Positions 10,453 through 21,994 of a DNA stretch of 32,000 nucleotides are shown in pieces (the stretch's first letter is position 1; each line of letters begins with the position of its first letter). The stretch is taken from NCBI RefSeq assembly GCF_003367075.2, contig NZ_CP065936.1, forward strand, positions 30,001 through 62,000, given 5' to 3'. Origin of the DNA: Cylindrospermopsis raciborskii Cr2010 (GTDB taxonomy: Bacteria > Cyanobacteriota > Cyanobacteriia > Cyanobacteriales > Nostocaceae). The position numbers and the translations under genes are program-made. Under the pieces are notes generated by a model, which did not search any database, had not been told where the DNA came from, and was given only the letters and a program-made list of their open reading frames with translations.

Positions 10453-11400
10453 ATGTTTAACAATTCTCCAGCAATCCTTACCTCTCAGGTGAGCAAGGTT
10501 TACCGCACAGGATTTTGGTCGCACCACAAGATTATATCTCTCCACAACTGCTCCCTAGAAGTCTATCCAGGAGAAACTTTTGGCCTTTTGGGACCTAATG
10601 GTGCAGGAAAAACTACTTTGTTAAAAATTTTACTGGGAATAAGTCGTCCTTCTAGTGGTAAAGGATTTTTGTTGGGGAAACCACTAGGCGATCGCTCGGT
10701 CAAACAGTTTATTGGTTATTTACCAGAAAACCCCTATTTTTACGATTATCTGACTGGATACGAGTTGTTAGAGTTGACTGGGGAGATCTTCCGAATTTCC
10801 TCCCGTGTGCAACGACAACGGATAGTTCATCTGTTAGAATTAGTCGGGTTATCCCAAAATCAAGCTCGCAAACAAAGGATTGGTTCCTATTCTAAGGGAA
10901 TGGTTCAGCGAATTGGTTTAGCCCAGGCGTTAATCAATGATCCAAAAGTGCTGTTTTTGGATGAGCCTATGTCTGGACTTGATCCCTTAGCACAAAATCA
11001 AATGCGAGAAATTATCCTTTCGCTTAAATCTGCAGGCAAAACCATCTTTTTTAACAGTCATATGTTAGGGTATGTAGAACAGATTTGCGATCGCATTGGC
11101 ATATTAAATCAAGGGGAAATAATTTGTAGTGGATCCCTGAGTGAATTATTAGGGGAAGAGAAAGGCTACTATATCAGGGGTAAAGGAGGGGATAAAGAGA
11201 TATTACAAAAAAGATTGGGAGAGATACAATTTGAACGGGAAGCTATATGGCATGGCATCTTAAAAGAAGATTTATATGATTTTCTTGCCAGTTTGCGGTT
11301 AATGGGTGGGAAAGTGATTAAAATAAGCTTATGTCGTCAGTCCTTGGAGGATTTTTTTATTCAACAGTTATCCCCGTTACCAACCCAATCAAAACTTTAA
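10453..11400 (+). CDS. ABC transporter ATP-binding protein
   Basis: 315 aa; Walker A GPNGAGKTTLLKILLG, signature SYSKGMVQRIGLAQALINDPKVLFLDEPMSGLDP. No adjacent permease is visible. Confidence 0.93.
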   Translation: MFNNSPAILTSQVSKVYRTGFWSHHKIISLHNCSLEVYPGETFGLLGPNGAGKTTLLKILLGISRPSSGKGFLLGKPLGDRSVKQFIGYLPENPYFYDYLTGYELLELTGEIFRISSRVQRQRIVHLLELVGLSQNQARKQRIGSYSKGMVQRIGLAQALINDPKVLFLDEPMSGLDPLAQNQMREIILSLKSAGKTIFFNSHMLGYVEQICDRIGILNQGEIICSGSLSELLGEEKGYYIRGKGGDKEILQKRLGEIQFEREAIWHGILKEDLYDFLASLRLMGGKVIKISLCRQSLEDFFIQQLSPLPTQSKL

Positions 11401-11645
11401 CCTAACCTTACCCAAAACTAATAGTTTGGACAAGTTACTCCCGGATAATGAAGCTTGTGGATGAAAATAAATGAAAACAATGCTATTGGGAACTTACACA
11501 GCTAACTATAGTCAGGACTTAGGTATAGAGCCAGAATGCTTACCCGACTCTCATTTTTAGCCATCAAACTTGTCTATAGCGTTCTTTCCAAGCTATATTT
11601 CCAAATTTTTTCAGCTGTTATAATTTCTAAACCTTACTATTACAA

Positions 11646-13106
11646 ATGCCAAGCACAAACTCTCAGGTAAAAATGGTTAGCAAAAACTTCTGGAAACCTA
11701 TTATCCATTCAAGCACAGCCCTAATCTTACTGACCACCCTTAATACAGCCTGGCCATTGGTCAGTTTAGCTCAATCAAAACCCCAGCCAAAAGTAAATTC
11801 TGCCACTTCTAGTCTATTCACCGATTACCTATTAGGTGGTGGAGATCGGATTCGTGTGAACGTTTTTGAGGCGCCAGAATACACCGGGGAATATCAAATC
11901 CCACCTGGGGGAGAAATCAACATGCCATTAATTGGCAGCATTCCCGTTTCTGGACTAACAACCCAACAAGCAGCAGACGAAATAGCCAGAAGATATGCTC
12001 GGTTTCTTAAACGCCCTTTAATTTCAGTAAACTTGTTAGCTCCCCGTCCCATCAACGTTTTTGTTGCTGGAGAAGTGACACGACCTGGATCTTATAGCTT
12101 GAGTTTACAAGGAACAGGAGGTAACAATCCTGGTGTACAATATCCCACAGTATTAGCCGCCCTAACCACAGCAGAGGGAGTAACACTAGCAGCGGATGTG
12201 ACCAAGGTACAACTACGACGTCAGGTGGGACGTTCGGGAGAACAGGTGATAAGTCTCGACCTGAAACAAATTACCCAAACAGGAAGAATACCCATAGACA
12301 TAACTCTCAGAGATGGAGACACCATATTTGTCCCCACTGCAACAGATTTTAATGTAGCTGAGGCCCGCAACTTATTTGCAGCCAGCTACGCTGCTAGTAG
12401 AACAGCACCGCGCAGGGTAGCCATTACTGGTCAAGTTTACCGTCCTGGTTCCTACTTGGTTGCTGCAGGGGGTGGAAACGACAGTGGTGGTTTACCCACA
12501 GTAATGCGAGCCATTCAGTTATCGGGAGGAATCACATCCCAAGCTGACGTGCGCAACATTAAGGTTCGTCGTCCTACCAGAACTGACAAGGAACAAACCC
12601 TAAACATCAATTTGTGGGAACTGTTGCAAAGCGGAGACTTAAATCAGGATGTGGTGGTACAAGACGGTGACACTATTATTGTTCCCACAGCAACACAAGT
12701 AAACACAGCAGAGGTAACCCAGTTGGCCACTACCACCCTATCGCCCGCAACAATCAAGGTGGGGGTAGTTGGGGAGGTAAAAAGACCAGGGGTTACTGAG
12801 CTTCAGCCTAACAGTTCTTTAAACCAAGCTTTGTTAGCAGCTGGTGGATTCAATGATGCTAGGGCAAGTAGTAGTTCAGTGGACTTGGTTCGTCTTAATC
12901 CCAACGGTACAGTTACTAAACGAGCAGTAAAGGTTGACTTTTCTAAAGGGATAAATGAGGAGACCAACCCTATTCTGCGCAATAATGACGTTATAGTGGT
13001 GAATCGTTCAGTTTTGGCTAGGACGGGAGATACTTTAGGTGCAGTTACTGCTCCCCTAGCTCCCGTATTTAGCATCATTAGTCTATTCCGACTACTGGGA
13101 TTTTAG
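11646..13106 (+). CDS. Polysaccharide biosynthesis/export protein (Wza-like, SLBB domains)
   Basis: 486 aa with an N-terminal signal-like segment, LGGGDRIRVNVFEAPEYTGEYQIPPGGEINMPLIGSIPVSGLTTQQAADEI, and repeated SLBB modules (VFVAGEVTRPGSYSL, VAITGQVYRPGSYLV, VGVVGEVKRPGVTEL). Confidence 0.9.
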   Translation: MPSTNSQVKMVSKNFWKPIIHSSTALILLTTLNTAWPLVSLAQSKPQPKVNSATSSLFTDYLLGGGDRIRVNVFEAPEYTGEYQIPPGGEINMPLIGSIPVSGLTTQQAADEIARRYARFLKRPLISVNLLAPRPINVFVAGEVTRPGSYSLSLQGTGGNNPGVQYPTVLAALTTAEGVTLAADVTKVQLRRQVGRSGEQVISLDLKQITQTGRIPIDITLRDGDTIFVPTATDFNVAEARNLFAASYAASRTAPRRVAITGQVYRPGSYLVAAGGGNDSGGLPTVMRAIQLSGGITSQADVRNIKVRRPTRTDKEQTLNINLWELLQSGDLNQDVVVQDGDTIIVPTATQVNTAEVTQLATTTLSPATIKVGVVGEVKRPGVTELQPNSSLNQALLAAGGFNDARASSSSVDLVRLNPNGTVTKRAVKVDFSKGINEETNPILRNNDVIVVNRSVLARTGDTLGAVTAPLAPVFSIISLFRLLGF

Positions 13107-13154
13107 CAGTGGGGGGGGGAGATCCATAATCCCTCCCACCATCTGTAAACATCA

Positions 13155-14078
13155 TTAAAACTGGTAGGAGAGTCCTAGAGATAGTACGGGATAAATATTT
13201 AACCATTTCAGGTCATTTTCTAGTTGTTGTCTTTCTTTCTCAACATCAGCTTGAATTTGGTTCCGGATCTCAGGGGTTGCAGCACCTCCAAATTGAGGTG
13301 CTAAATTAACTTTAGGGGATCCCGTAAACATGACACCTAAGTTGGCGGAAAAACTCCAACGGTTACCAGGTTTAACTGCATTTCCCCAACCAATTCCCAG
13401 ATATGGGGCCACACTATTAGGAAAGGAAACTTTAGCTTTAACTGATCCTAACTGGTCTGAGGTGTATTCTTGGTCGCCTATTTGTATTTTTTGATTACTG
13501 TTGGATTTGCCAGTTCCTTCTATATTGTTGTCTTGGAATACTAGACCTCCCGTTAAACGAAAACCTGAGTTTTTCCAAGGGTGGTAGTCTACCAAAGTGG
13601 AGACACTGAACAAATTGAGTTTAGCATCATAATCAATCCCGGACTCGCTGATGTTAGCATTAGTACCAAACCCCCTAACTCCCAATTTGGCATTGAGATT
13701 GGGTGTGATTGATTTGGTTACCGTTGCACCAATACCAAGAGTGCTAATTTCAGGAGTAACTCCCCAACCACTGGTTGTTGGGCCAGTTTGGGTTGTTTCT
13801 TGGGTGGGTTGAGGAGGTTGTGGTGTTACCGGTTGTGTGGGAACACAACGGGAATTCAAAGGGTAGACTTTACAAAATTCTTCCAAATTAATTGGTGTTT
13901 CCGCTAACAAATCGGCAGCTTGGTAAGAAAAAGTACCTGGTTGTAGGGTCACCACCTGTGCCAATACTGTCTGACTGGTGGAGGTTACAATAGCCAACCC
14001 GCTGGTTAATGTCAATACTGATGTAGCTAGACCTGTTAATTTATCTATCTTAATATTCATGTTAATCCCCCACACCAT
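13155..14078 (-). CDS. Exported outer-membrane beta-barrel-like protein of unknown function
   Basis: 307 aa with a signal-like N-terminus (VLTLTSGLAIVTSTSQTVLAQ), a Pro/Thr/Gln linker, then Gly/aromatic alternating segments (KLGVRGFGTNANIS..., FRLTGGLVFQDNN, GNRWSFSANLGVMFTG) ending in ...YPVLSLGLSYQF. Confidence 0.65.
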   Translation of the reverse strand: MVWGINMNIKIDKLTGLATSVLTLTSGLAIVTSTSQTVLAQVVTLQPGTFSYQAADLLAETPINLEEFCKVYPLNSRCVPTQPVTPQPPQPTQETTQTGPTTSGWGVTPEISTLGIGATVTKSITPNLNAKLGVRGFGTNANISESGIDYDAKLNLFSVSTLVDYHPWKNSGFRLTGGLVFQDNNIEGTGKSNSNQKIQIGDQEYTSDQLGSVKAKVSFPNSVAPYLGIGWGNAVKPGNRWSFSANLGVMFTGSPKVNLAPQFGGAATPEIRNQIQADVEKERQQLENDLKWLNIYPVLSLGLSYQF

Positions 14079-14214
14079 GTTTTTAATTTAATGCAATAAC
14101 CTAACTCATTTTTAGTTCCCTGTCAATCTAAAAGTTACTGAAAATTATTATCGGTATCCTGATTCAGACCTGCCTAAGTATAAGTGGGTGGGTGGAATTA
14201 AATATAATATGAAC

Positions 14215-14247
14215 GTAGGATGGGTTGAGGAACGAAAGCCATCCTAC
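14215..14247. repeat. GTAGGATGG-N15-CCATCCTAC inverted repeat, resembling a dispersed cyanobacterial intergenic repeat
   Basis: Perfect 9-bp arms at 14215-14223 and 14239-14247; the spacer is gttgaggaacgaaag. Confidence 0.65.
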
Positions 14248-14423
14248 AAATAATTGTGCCTCCCTACTTAGTGGAGATAGTGAACATACATTAAACATTA
14301 AAATATATAATCGAAATTCGCCATATCAGTCTTCCCACTGTAACAATCAGCTAAGTTAGAAGAGAACTAACCTGAAGAGTTCTCCATGGCTAAAGCTATA
14401 AATATCTACAAACAGGAGGTTAA

Positions 14424-15446
<1,023 letters not shown>

Positions 15447-15525
15447 CTGCTACTGTTTGTATTTCTCATCATTCCTCTGGGCTTAATTGGGTTGTGCTAC
15501 CCCCACCCTACTCTTAATTTCTATG

Positions 15526-16956
15526 ATGCGTCGCACCAAAATTATCTGCACTATTGGTCCTGCTACAGCTGCACCGGAAAAGTTACAAGCTTTAGTAGAA
15601 GCGGGAATGAATGTGGCAAGACTAAATTTTTCCCATGGAGCTTATGAGACACATGCCCAAACGTTCCACAATTTAAGACGCATTAGTAATGAAGCTGGTA
15701 GACCTGTGGCAATCTTACAGGATTTATGTGGTCCCAAAATCCGTTTGGGAAAACTCCCACCAGAAGGGATCATGTTGGCAGCTGGTACTGAGGTAACTTT
15801 TCTTTTACAGGAAAAGGGGGAAACTACTCAAGAATTACCCTTGCCTCTACCCACTTTATTTGCCATGATTCGACCTGGTGAGCCAATTCTGATTAATGAT
15901 GGTCGGGTAAAGTTAACTGTGGTTAGTCGCAATGCTGACCAAATTCGTGCACGGGTAGATACTGGTGGATTAGTTTCCTCCCATAAGGGTGTGAATTTAC
16001 CTGGTACTCCTTTACCTGTAAGTTCAATTACAGAAAAGGACCTGCAAGACCTACGGTTTGGAATGGAGTTAGGTGTGGACTGGGTAGCAGTGTCTTTTGT
16101 GCGCTCTACCCAGGATTTGGAACCCGCTAGACGAATGATTGAGGGTGCTGGTTCTAAAATTCGTCTGATTGCTAAAATCGAACGTCCTGAGGCGGTTGAA
16201 CACTTGGATGATATTCTCAAGGTGGCTGATGCAATTATGATTGCTCGTGGTGATTTGGGTGTGGAAATGCCTATTCACCAAGTGCCATTAATTCAAAAGG
16301 ATATTACTCATCGCTGTAATCTCATTGGTAAGCCGGTAATTACGGCTACTCAAATGTTAGAGTCTATGATTAGTTCCCCTGATCCAACTCGAGCTGAGGC
16401 AACAGATGTGGCTAATTCCATTTTAGATGGTACGGATGCGGTGATGTTATCTGGGGAGACCGCTGTGGGTGATTATCCTATGGCAGCAGTACAAATAATG
16501 CACAACATCGCTTTACAAACAGAGCAGGCAATTAAAGAAGGAAGTAAACATACTTGGAACCGTGAATCTGGTCTTCTGAGTGTCACTGAATCAGTTGCAC
16601 AGGCAGTTTGTCGAATTGCTTACGAGACAGGTGCTAAGGCGATTCTTTGTAATACTACTTCTGGCAGCACGGCAAGATTGATTTCTAAATATCGTCCTTT
16701 GACCCCGATTATTACTCTGACCTCTGAACCTATTGCTTATCATCAGTTAGCATTGTCTTGGGGTGTTCAACCTTTGTTAATTCCCCCAGTTCATCATGCT
16801 GAGGAGATGTTTACTAATGTGGTGAGTACGGTAGTTAATCAAGGTTTGGTGGAAATGGGTGATAAGGTGGTTATTACCTCAGGAGTTCCAATTGGTATGT
16901 CAGGCACAACAAGTTTAATCAAAGTGCATTCTATTGGACAACCAATTACAGCTTAG
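15526..16956 (+). CDS. pyk: Pyruvate kinase
   Basis: MRRTKIICTIGPATAAPEKLQALVEAGMNVARLNFSHG..., MIARGDLGVEMP, KPVITATQMLESMI, DGTDAVMLSGETAVGDYP. The start is probably ATG 15523 or 15526 rather than 15487. Confidence 0.96.
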   Translation: MRRTKIICTIGPATAAPEKLQALVEAGMNVARLNFSHGAYETHAQTFHNLRRISNEAGRPVAILQDLCGPKIRLGKLPPEGIMLAAGTEVTFLLQEKGETTQELPLPLPTLFAMIRPGEPILINDGRVKLTVVSRNADQIRARVDTGGLVSSHKGVNLPGTPLPVSSITEKDLQDLRFGMELGVDWVAVSFVRSTQDLEPARRMIEGAGSKIRLIAKIERPEAVEHLDDILKVADAIMIARGDLGVEMPIHQVPLIQKDITHRCNLIGKPVITATQMLESMISSPDPTRAEATDVANSILDGTDAVMLSGETAVGDYPMAAVQIMHNIALQTEQAIKEGSKHTWNRESGLLSVTESVAQAVCRIAYETGAKAILCNTTSGSTARLISKYRPLTPIITLTSEPIAYHQLALSWGVQPLLIPPVHHAEEMFTNVVSTVVNQGLVEMGDKVVITSGVPIGMSGTTSLIKVHSIGQPITA

Positions 16957-17088
16957 TAGATCTAAAATGGCTATGAGATCCCGGTGATAAAGGGCAATTC
17001 TGGGAGAAGGTTGCCATAATGGTAATCGTTTGGAATATCAAAGAGTTTAAATATTTGCGAATTGGTAAATCCTGAACCCAAGAAAATC

Positions 17089-18105
17089 ATGGAGTATACT
17101 ATGTCTAAAAACTTACTAGAACAGTTGCGTGAAGTAACGGTGGTTGTAGCAGATACTGGTGATATTCAAGCTATTGAAAAATTTAAACCCCAGGATGCAA
17201 CAACAAATCCCTCTTTGATTACTGCAGCAGCTCAAATGCCCGAATATCAACATATTGTTGACCAAACTCTCATTAAGGCTAAGAAAGATGCTGGAAATAA
17301 GGCTAGTCACCAAGAGGTGGTTTCTCTGGCTTTTGACCGCTTGGCAGTTTCCTTTGGTTTAAAGATTCTGCAAATTATTCCTGGTCGGGTTTCTACAGAA
17401 GTGGACGCCCGTTTGTCATACGATACTGATGGAACTGTGGCTAAGGCTAGATATTTGATTTCTGAGTATCAAGCAGCAGGAATTTCTCGAGACCGGGTTT
17501 TGATTAAGATTGCTGCTACTTGGGAAGGCATTAAAGCGGCGGAGATTTTAGAAAAAGAGGGTATTCACTGCAATTTAACTCTATTGTTTGGAATTCATCA
17601 AGCTATAGCTTGTGCTGAAGCTGGAATTACCCTGATTTCTCCTTTTGTGGGACGGATTCTAGATTGGTATAAAAAAGATACAGGCAGATCTAGCTATCCT
17701 CCTGCAGAAGACCCTGGTGTGTTATCCGTAACTAAAATCTATAATTATTATAAGAAGTTCGGTTATCAGACTGAGGTTATGGGGGCTAGTTTCCGCAATA
17801 TGGGGGAAATTACTGAATTAGCTGGTTGTGATTTGTTGACTATTTCCCCCGCTTTATTATCGGAATTGCAAAATACTGTGGCTGAGTTACCTCGGAAACT
17901 GGATCCGGTAACTACTTCTGGTTTGTCTATTGACAAAATATCGGTTGATCAGGCTACTTTTGAGCGCATGCATGCTGCAGATCGCATGGCTTCGGATAAA
18001 TTGAGGGAGGGAATTGATGGTTTTACTAAGGCTTTAATCAGTTTGGAGGAATTACTAACAGCTAGATTAAGTCGTTTAGAAACGGAAATGGTAGGTGTTG
18101 GTTAA
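17089..18105 (+). CDS. tal: Transaldolase
   Basis: [44 protein letters not shown]..., [50 protein letters not shown]. The start could be 17062, 17089 or 17101. Confidence 0.93.
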   Translation: MEYTMSKNLLEQLREVTVVVADTGDIQAIEKFKPQDATTNPSLITAAAQMPEYQHIVDQTLIKAKKDAGNKASHQEVVSLAFDRLAVSFGLKILQIIPGRVSTEVDARLSYDTDGTVAKARYLISEYQAAGISRDRVLIKIAATWEGIKAAEILEKEGIHCNLTLLFGIHQAIACAEAGITLISPFVGRILDWYKKDTGRSSYPPAEDPGVLSVTKIYNYYKKFGYQTEVMGASFRNMGEITELAGCDLLTISPALLSELQNTVAELPRKLDPVTTSGLSIDKISVDQATFERMHAADRMASDKLREGIDGFTKALISLEELLTARLSRLETEMVGVG

Positions 18106-18293
18106 ACAACTGAGATTTTGAATTTTAGACTGGATAGAGAAATTGCCTAGATCCTTCACGGATATGGGCAATTTTTGATTATGGCTTTACCAAAATTTCA
18201 TGCTATTTTAGAATGTGGAAAATAAAAATCAACAAAATCTTTATACTAACCAAAAGCAAGTTAATTAAGGATTAGAGAGGGATATCCAAGGTA

Positions 18294-20093
18294 ATGGCGC
18301 TCATAGTTCAAAAATACGGTGGTACTTCCGTTGGTTCTGTGGAACGTATTCAAGCGGTAGCCAGGCGCATCCATGGCACTGCACAGGTGGGAAATTCTGT
18401 TGTGGTTGTGGTTTCTGCTATGGGAAAAACCACTGATGGCTTAGTGAAGCTGGCCCATGAAATTTCCCCTAGTCCTACTCGTCGGGAAATGGATATGTTG
18501 CTTTCCACGGGAGAGCAGGTAACTATTGCTCTCCTGAGTATGGCTCTACAAGAAATTGGCCAGCCAGCTATTTCTCTAACTGGGGCACAAGTAGGTATTG
18601 TTACTGAAGCAGAGCATACTCGCGCTCGAATTTTACATATTGAAACTGAACGGTTAATTAGCCATTTAAATGCTGGTCAGGTGGTAGTAGTTGCAGGTTT
18701 TCAAGGAATTTCTAACACTTCAGCTATGGAAATTACTACCCTGGGACGTGGAGGTTCTGATACTTCAGCAGTGGCTTTGGCTGCGGCTTTAAAGGCTGAT
18801 TTCTGTGAGATTTACACGGATGTACCCGGTATTTTAACTACTGATCCCCGGTTAGTACCGGAGGCTCAGTTAATGAAGGAAATTACCTGTGATGAAATGC
18901 TGGAATTGGCTAGTTTGGGTGCTAAGGTGTTACATCCTAGGGCGGTGGAAATTGCCAAGAATTATGGTGTACCTTTGGTGGTGAGATCCAGTTGGACTGA
19001 CCAACCGGGAACTTGGGTAACATCTAATAAGGTTCAAGAACGAGCTATGGTCAATTTAGAGTTGGCTCGTCCTGTGGATGCGGTAGAGTTTGATGTTGAT
19101 CAGGCTAAAGTTTCTTTATTACGCGTCCCTGATCGACCAGGGGTAGCAGCTCGATTGTTTAATGAGATTGCCGATCAGCAGGTAGATGTGGATTTGATTA
19201 TTCAATCAATTCATGAGGGTAATTCTAATGATATTGCTTTTACTGTAAATACACCTATTTTGAACCGAGCGGAAGCTGTGGCTTCAGCTATTGCTCCAGC
19301 TTTGAGAAATAACGACGGCTCTAATGAAGCAGAGGTGCTTGTAGAAAGGAATACGGCAAAGGTCAGTATTTCTGGAGCGGGGATGATTGGCCGCCCCGGA
19401 GTAGCTGCTAAAATGTTTGCTACTCTGGCTAAAGCTGGTGTGAATATTCAAATGATTTCTACTAGTGAGGTTAAAGTTAGTTGTTTAGTTGCTGCAGTAG
19501 ATTGCGATCGCGCTATTTTATCTCTCTGTCAGGAGTTTGAAGTTAATGCGTCTACACGTAATGTTTCTTCTTCAAACTCTATATATTCCACTGTGTGTGG
19601 TGTTGCATTAGATATGAATCAGTCCCGACTGGCAATTCGTCATGTGCCAGATCAACCGGGGATAGCTGGGAAGTTGTTCGGTTTACTGGCTGAATCTAAC
19701 ATCAGTGTGGATATGATTATTCAGTCTCAACGCTGTCGGGTAATTGATGGCGTAGCTTGTCGGGATATAGCTTTTACCACAAACCGCACGGATGGAGAAA
19801 ATGCTCAAGCTAAAATCAATCAAGTTGCTGCACAGTTGGGATGGGGAGAAGTCATCCTAGATGACGCCATTGCCAAGGTTAGTGTTGTAGGTTCGGGAAT
19901 GGTTGGTCAACCAGGGGTAGCAGCTAAAATGTTCACAGCTTTGGCGCAGAATCAAATTAATATTCAAATGATTACTACTTCAGAAATCAAAATTAGCTGT
20001 GTTGTATCAGAAAAAGAAGGGGTTAAAGCATTACAGATAATTCACACTGCTTTTGGACTAGCTGGAACCCATAAGTTTGTGGTTCCAGCATAA
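18294..20093 (+). CDS. lysC: Aspartate kinase with four ACT domains
   Basis: 599 aa; [34 protein letters not shown], and two tandem pairs of ACT modules ([18 protein letters not shown] / [18 protein letters not shown] / [18 protein letters not shown] / [18 protein letters not shown]). Confidence 0.96.
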   Translation: MALIVQKYGGTSVGSVERIQAVARRIHGTAQVGNSVVVVVSAMGKTTDGLVKLAHEISPSPTRREMDMLLSTGEQVTIALLSMALQEIGQPAISLTGAQVGIVTEAEHTRARILHIETERLISHLNAGQVVVVAGFQGISNTSAMEITTLGRGGSDTSAVALAAALKADFCEIYTDVPGILTTDPRLVPEAQLMKEITCDEMLELASLGAKVLHPRAVEIAKNYGVPLVVRSSWTDQPGTWVTSNKVQERAMVNLELARPVDAVEFDVDQAKVSLLRVPDRPGVAARLFNEIADQQVDVDLIIQSIHEGNSNDIAFTVNTPILNRAEAVASAIAPALRNNDGSNEAEVLVERNTAKVSISGAGMIGRPGVAAKMFATLAKAGVNIQMISTSEVKVSCLVAAVDCDRAILSLCQEFEVNASTRNVSSSNSIYSTVCGVALDMNQSRLAIRHVPDQPGIAGKLFGLLAESNISVDMIIQSQRCRVIDGVACRDIAFTTNRTDGENAQAKINQVAAQLGWGEVILDDAIAKVSVVGSGMVGQPGVAAKMFTALAQNQINIQMITTSEIKISCVVSEKEGVKALQIIHTAFGLAGTHKFVVPA

Positions 20094-20108
20094 TTTGCCA
20101 ACTACCTC

Positions 20109-21956
20109 TTAACTGTTACGTTGTTGGCTTAGGATGCGGTAGGAGTGTTGAAAATCGTCAATGGTAACCCTAATGGCTGTAGGATCGGTTTCCCCCCTAG
20201 CGCGAAATCGCCTAATTGCTTCCACGGATGCTTGGTTACATAACAAAACTAAATCTGCTCCATTCCAACCTTCCGTAGTCTGGGCCCAATATTCTAAGTC
20301 TACATCCAATAGTGGTCTACCTTCGGTATAAACTCGTAAAATTTCCAAGCGACTGGCTAAATTAGGTAGATCAACTTTTAATTGTAGATCTAATCTTCCA
20401 GCTCTTAATAGAGCTGGATCTAACGCATCTGGACGGTTAGTAGCTCCTATTACTAGAATATTAGTACCAGTTTCCAAACCATCCAATTCCGTTAATAGTT
20501 GTCCTACTACCCGGTTACTCACACCAGAGTCTCCAGTATAAGTCCCACGAGCGGGGGCTAGGGTGTCAATTTCATCAATGAATATGACGCAGGGATCCGC
20601 TTGTCGAGCTTTAGCAAATAGTTCCCTTACTGCTTGTTCGCTTGCTCCTACCCAACGGGTGAGTAGTTCTGGTCCGTTGACTGCAATGAAATTGGCCCTG
20701 GCCTGGGAAGCTACTGCTTTGGCTAATAGGGTTTTACCGGTTCCGGGTGGCCCCCATAGTAAAATCCCCCTAGGAGCTACTGCTTTCGTTTGACGGTAGA
20801 GTTCTGGATATAGTAAGGCCCCCTCTACAGATTCTCTCAAGGTTTGTTTGATGGCTTCCAGTCCGCCAATGTCCTCCCATTCCACATGGGGAACTTCTAC
20901 CTCCATGCTCCGTAGCACTGCTGGTTTGATTTCTTTGAGCGCTTGCAGAAAATCTGACTGGTTCACTGTCATGGTTTCAGGAATATCTGTTTCCATGGAT
21001 GGAACTTGACGGCGCAGGGCCATATAGGCCGCTTTTTGGCAAACAGCTTTTAAGTCAGCTCCCACAAATCCTACAGTGCGATCGCTAATAAATTCTAAGT
21101 CCACAGTGTCATCTAAGGGCATGGCACGGGTAAGAACTTGCAGAATTTCTTTACGTCCGTTAGCGTCGGGAATGCGAAACTGAATTTCTCGATCAAACCT
21201 TCCTGGACGACGCAGCGCTGGATCTAAATGATCCGGACGGTTAGTAGCAGCCAGTACAATTACACCTGGTGTGTGAGAAAACCCATCCATTAAGCCCAAT
21301 AACTGGGCAACTAACCGTTTCTCTACTTCTCCCTCCACTGCACTGCGGTCAGGGGCCAGACTATCAATTTCATCAATAAAAATAATGCAGGGGGCATTTT
21401 TAGCAGCTTTTTCAAAAATACCCCTCAGTTTTTGTTCCGCTTCACCATAGTATTTGCTAATCACCTCTGGACCCACCAGGGCAATATAATTTACCCCCAG
21501 TTCTTCCGCTAAAGCACGAGCTGTGAGGGTTTTACCAGTACCGGGAGGACCAACTAAAAGCACCCCATGGGTTGGCTCTAGACCCAGTTTAGCCAGCAGA
21601 TCTGGGCGCTTTAAGGGGATGGCAATTAATTCTTTGAGCTCTTTGACTACCTGACTTAAACCACCTATGTCTTTCAGGGAAATACCAGAATTTTCAGGGG
21701 GGGTAGCTGAATCTGATGACCCATTAGAGGGTTGGGGAGTAGCTGGGGAAGAGGGGGTGCGAATGCGACTAGTACCAATATCATTGATATTACTGCTCTT
21801 GGCTGCACCACGGGGAATATTGCCCGTTCTGGGAATACTACTCAGGGGACGAGAGTTGACCTGTATATCTGTTTTTACCTCTCCACTCTCGATTTTTTCT
21901 TCTAAGGTTTTAACCAAATCTAGAAACTGCTCAAATCCTTTGAATAGGTCACTCAT
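20109..21956 (-). CDS. CDC48/VCP-type double AAA+ ATPase with a non-canonical N-terminus
   Basis: 615 aa; D1 GPPGTGKTLTARALAEEL / IIFIDEIDSLAPDR and D2 GPPGTGKTLLAKAVASQA / VIFIDEIDTLAPAR. The first ~90 aa are a short helical segment plus a low-complexity Ser/Pro/Thr linker instead of a CDC48-N domain. Confidence 0.93.
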   Translation of the reverse strand: MSDLFKGFEQFLDLVKTLEEKIESGEVKTDIQVNSRPLSSIPRTGNIPRGAAKSSNINDIGTSRIRTPSSPATPQPSNGSSDSATPPENSGISLKDIGGLSQVVKELKELIAIPLKRPDLLAKLGLEPTHGVLLVGPPGTGKTLTARALAEELGVNYIALVGPEVISKYYGEAEQKLRGIFEKAAKNAPCIIFIDEIDSLAPDRSAVEGEVEKRLVAQLLGLMDGFSHTPGVIVLAATNRPDHLDPALRRPGRFDREIQFRIPDANGRKEILQVLTRAMPLDDTVDLEFISDRTVGFVGADLKAVCQKAAYMALRRQVPSMETDIPETMTVNQSDFLQALKEIKPAVLRSMEVEVPHVEWEDIGGLEAIKQTLRESVEGALLYPELYRQTKAVAPRGILLWGPPGTGKTLLAKAVASQARANFIAVNGPELLTRWVGASEQAVRELFAKARQADPCVIFIDEIDTLAPARGTYTGDSGVSNRVVGQLLTELDGLETGTNILVIGATNRPDALDPALLRAGRLDLQLKVDLPNLASRLEILRVYTEGRPLLDVDLEYWAQTTEGWNGADLVLLCNQASVEAIRRFRARGETDPTAIRVTIDDFQHSYRILSQQRNS

Positions 21957-21994
21957 AAGTCTTAATAGGTCTGGGTAAATGTGATGTACTAGTT

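Noticed and set aside
20563-20793. Plus-strand ORFs antisense to the CDC48-like and ArsA-like genes (20563-20793, 21667-21978, 23437-23622)
   Set aside because: Low-complexity shadow ORFs opposite strongly supported coding sequence.
20109-20793. Possible frameshift or decay in the second AAA domain (RAGRLD instead of RPGRFD)
   Set aside because: Walker A, Walker B and overall domain length are intact. This is a normal substitution, not evidence of a pseudogene.
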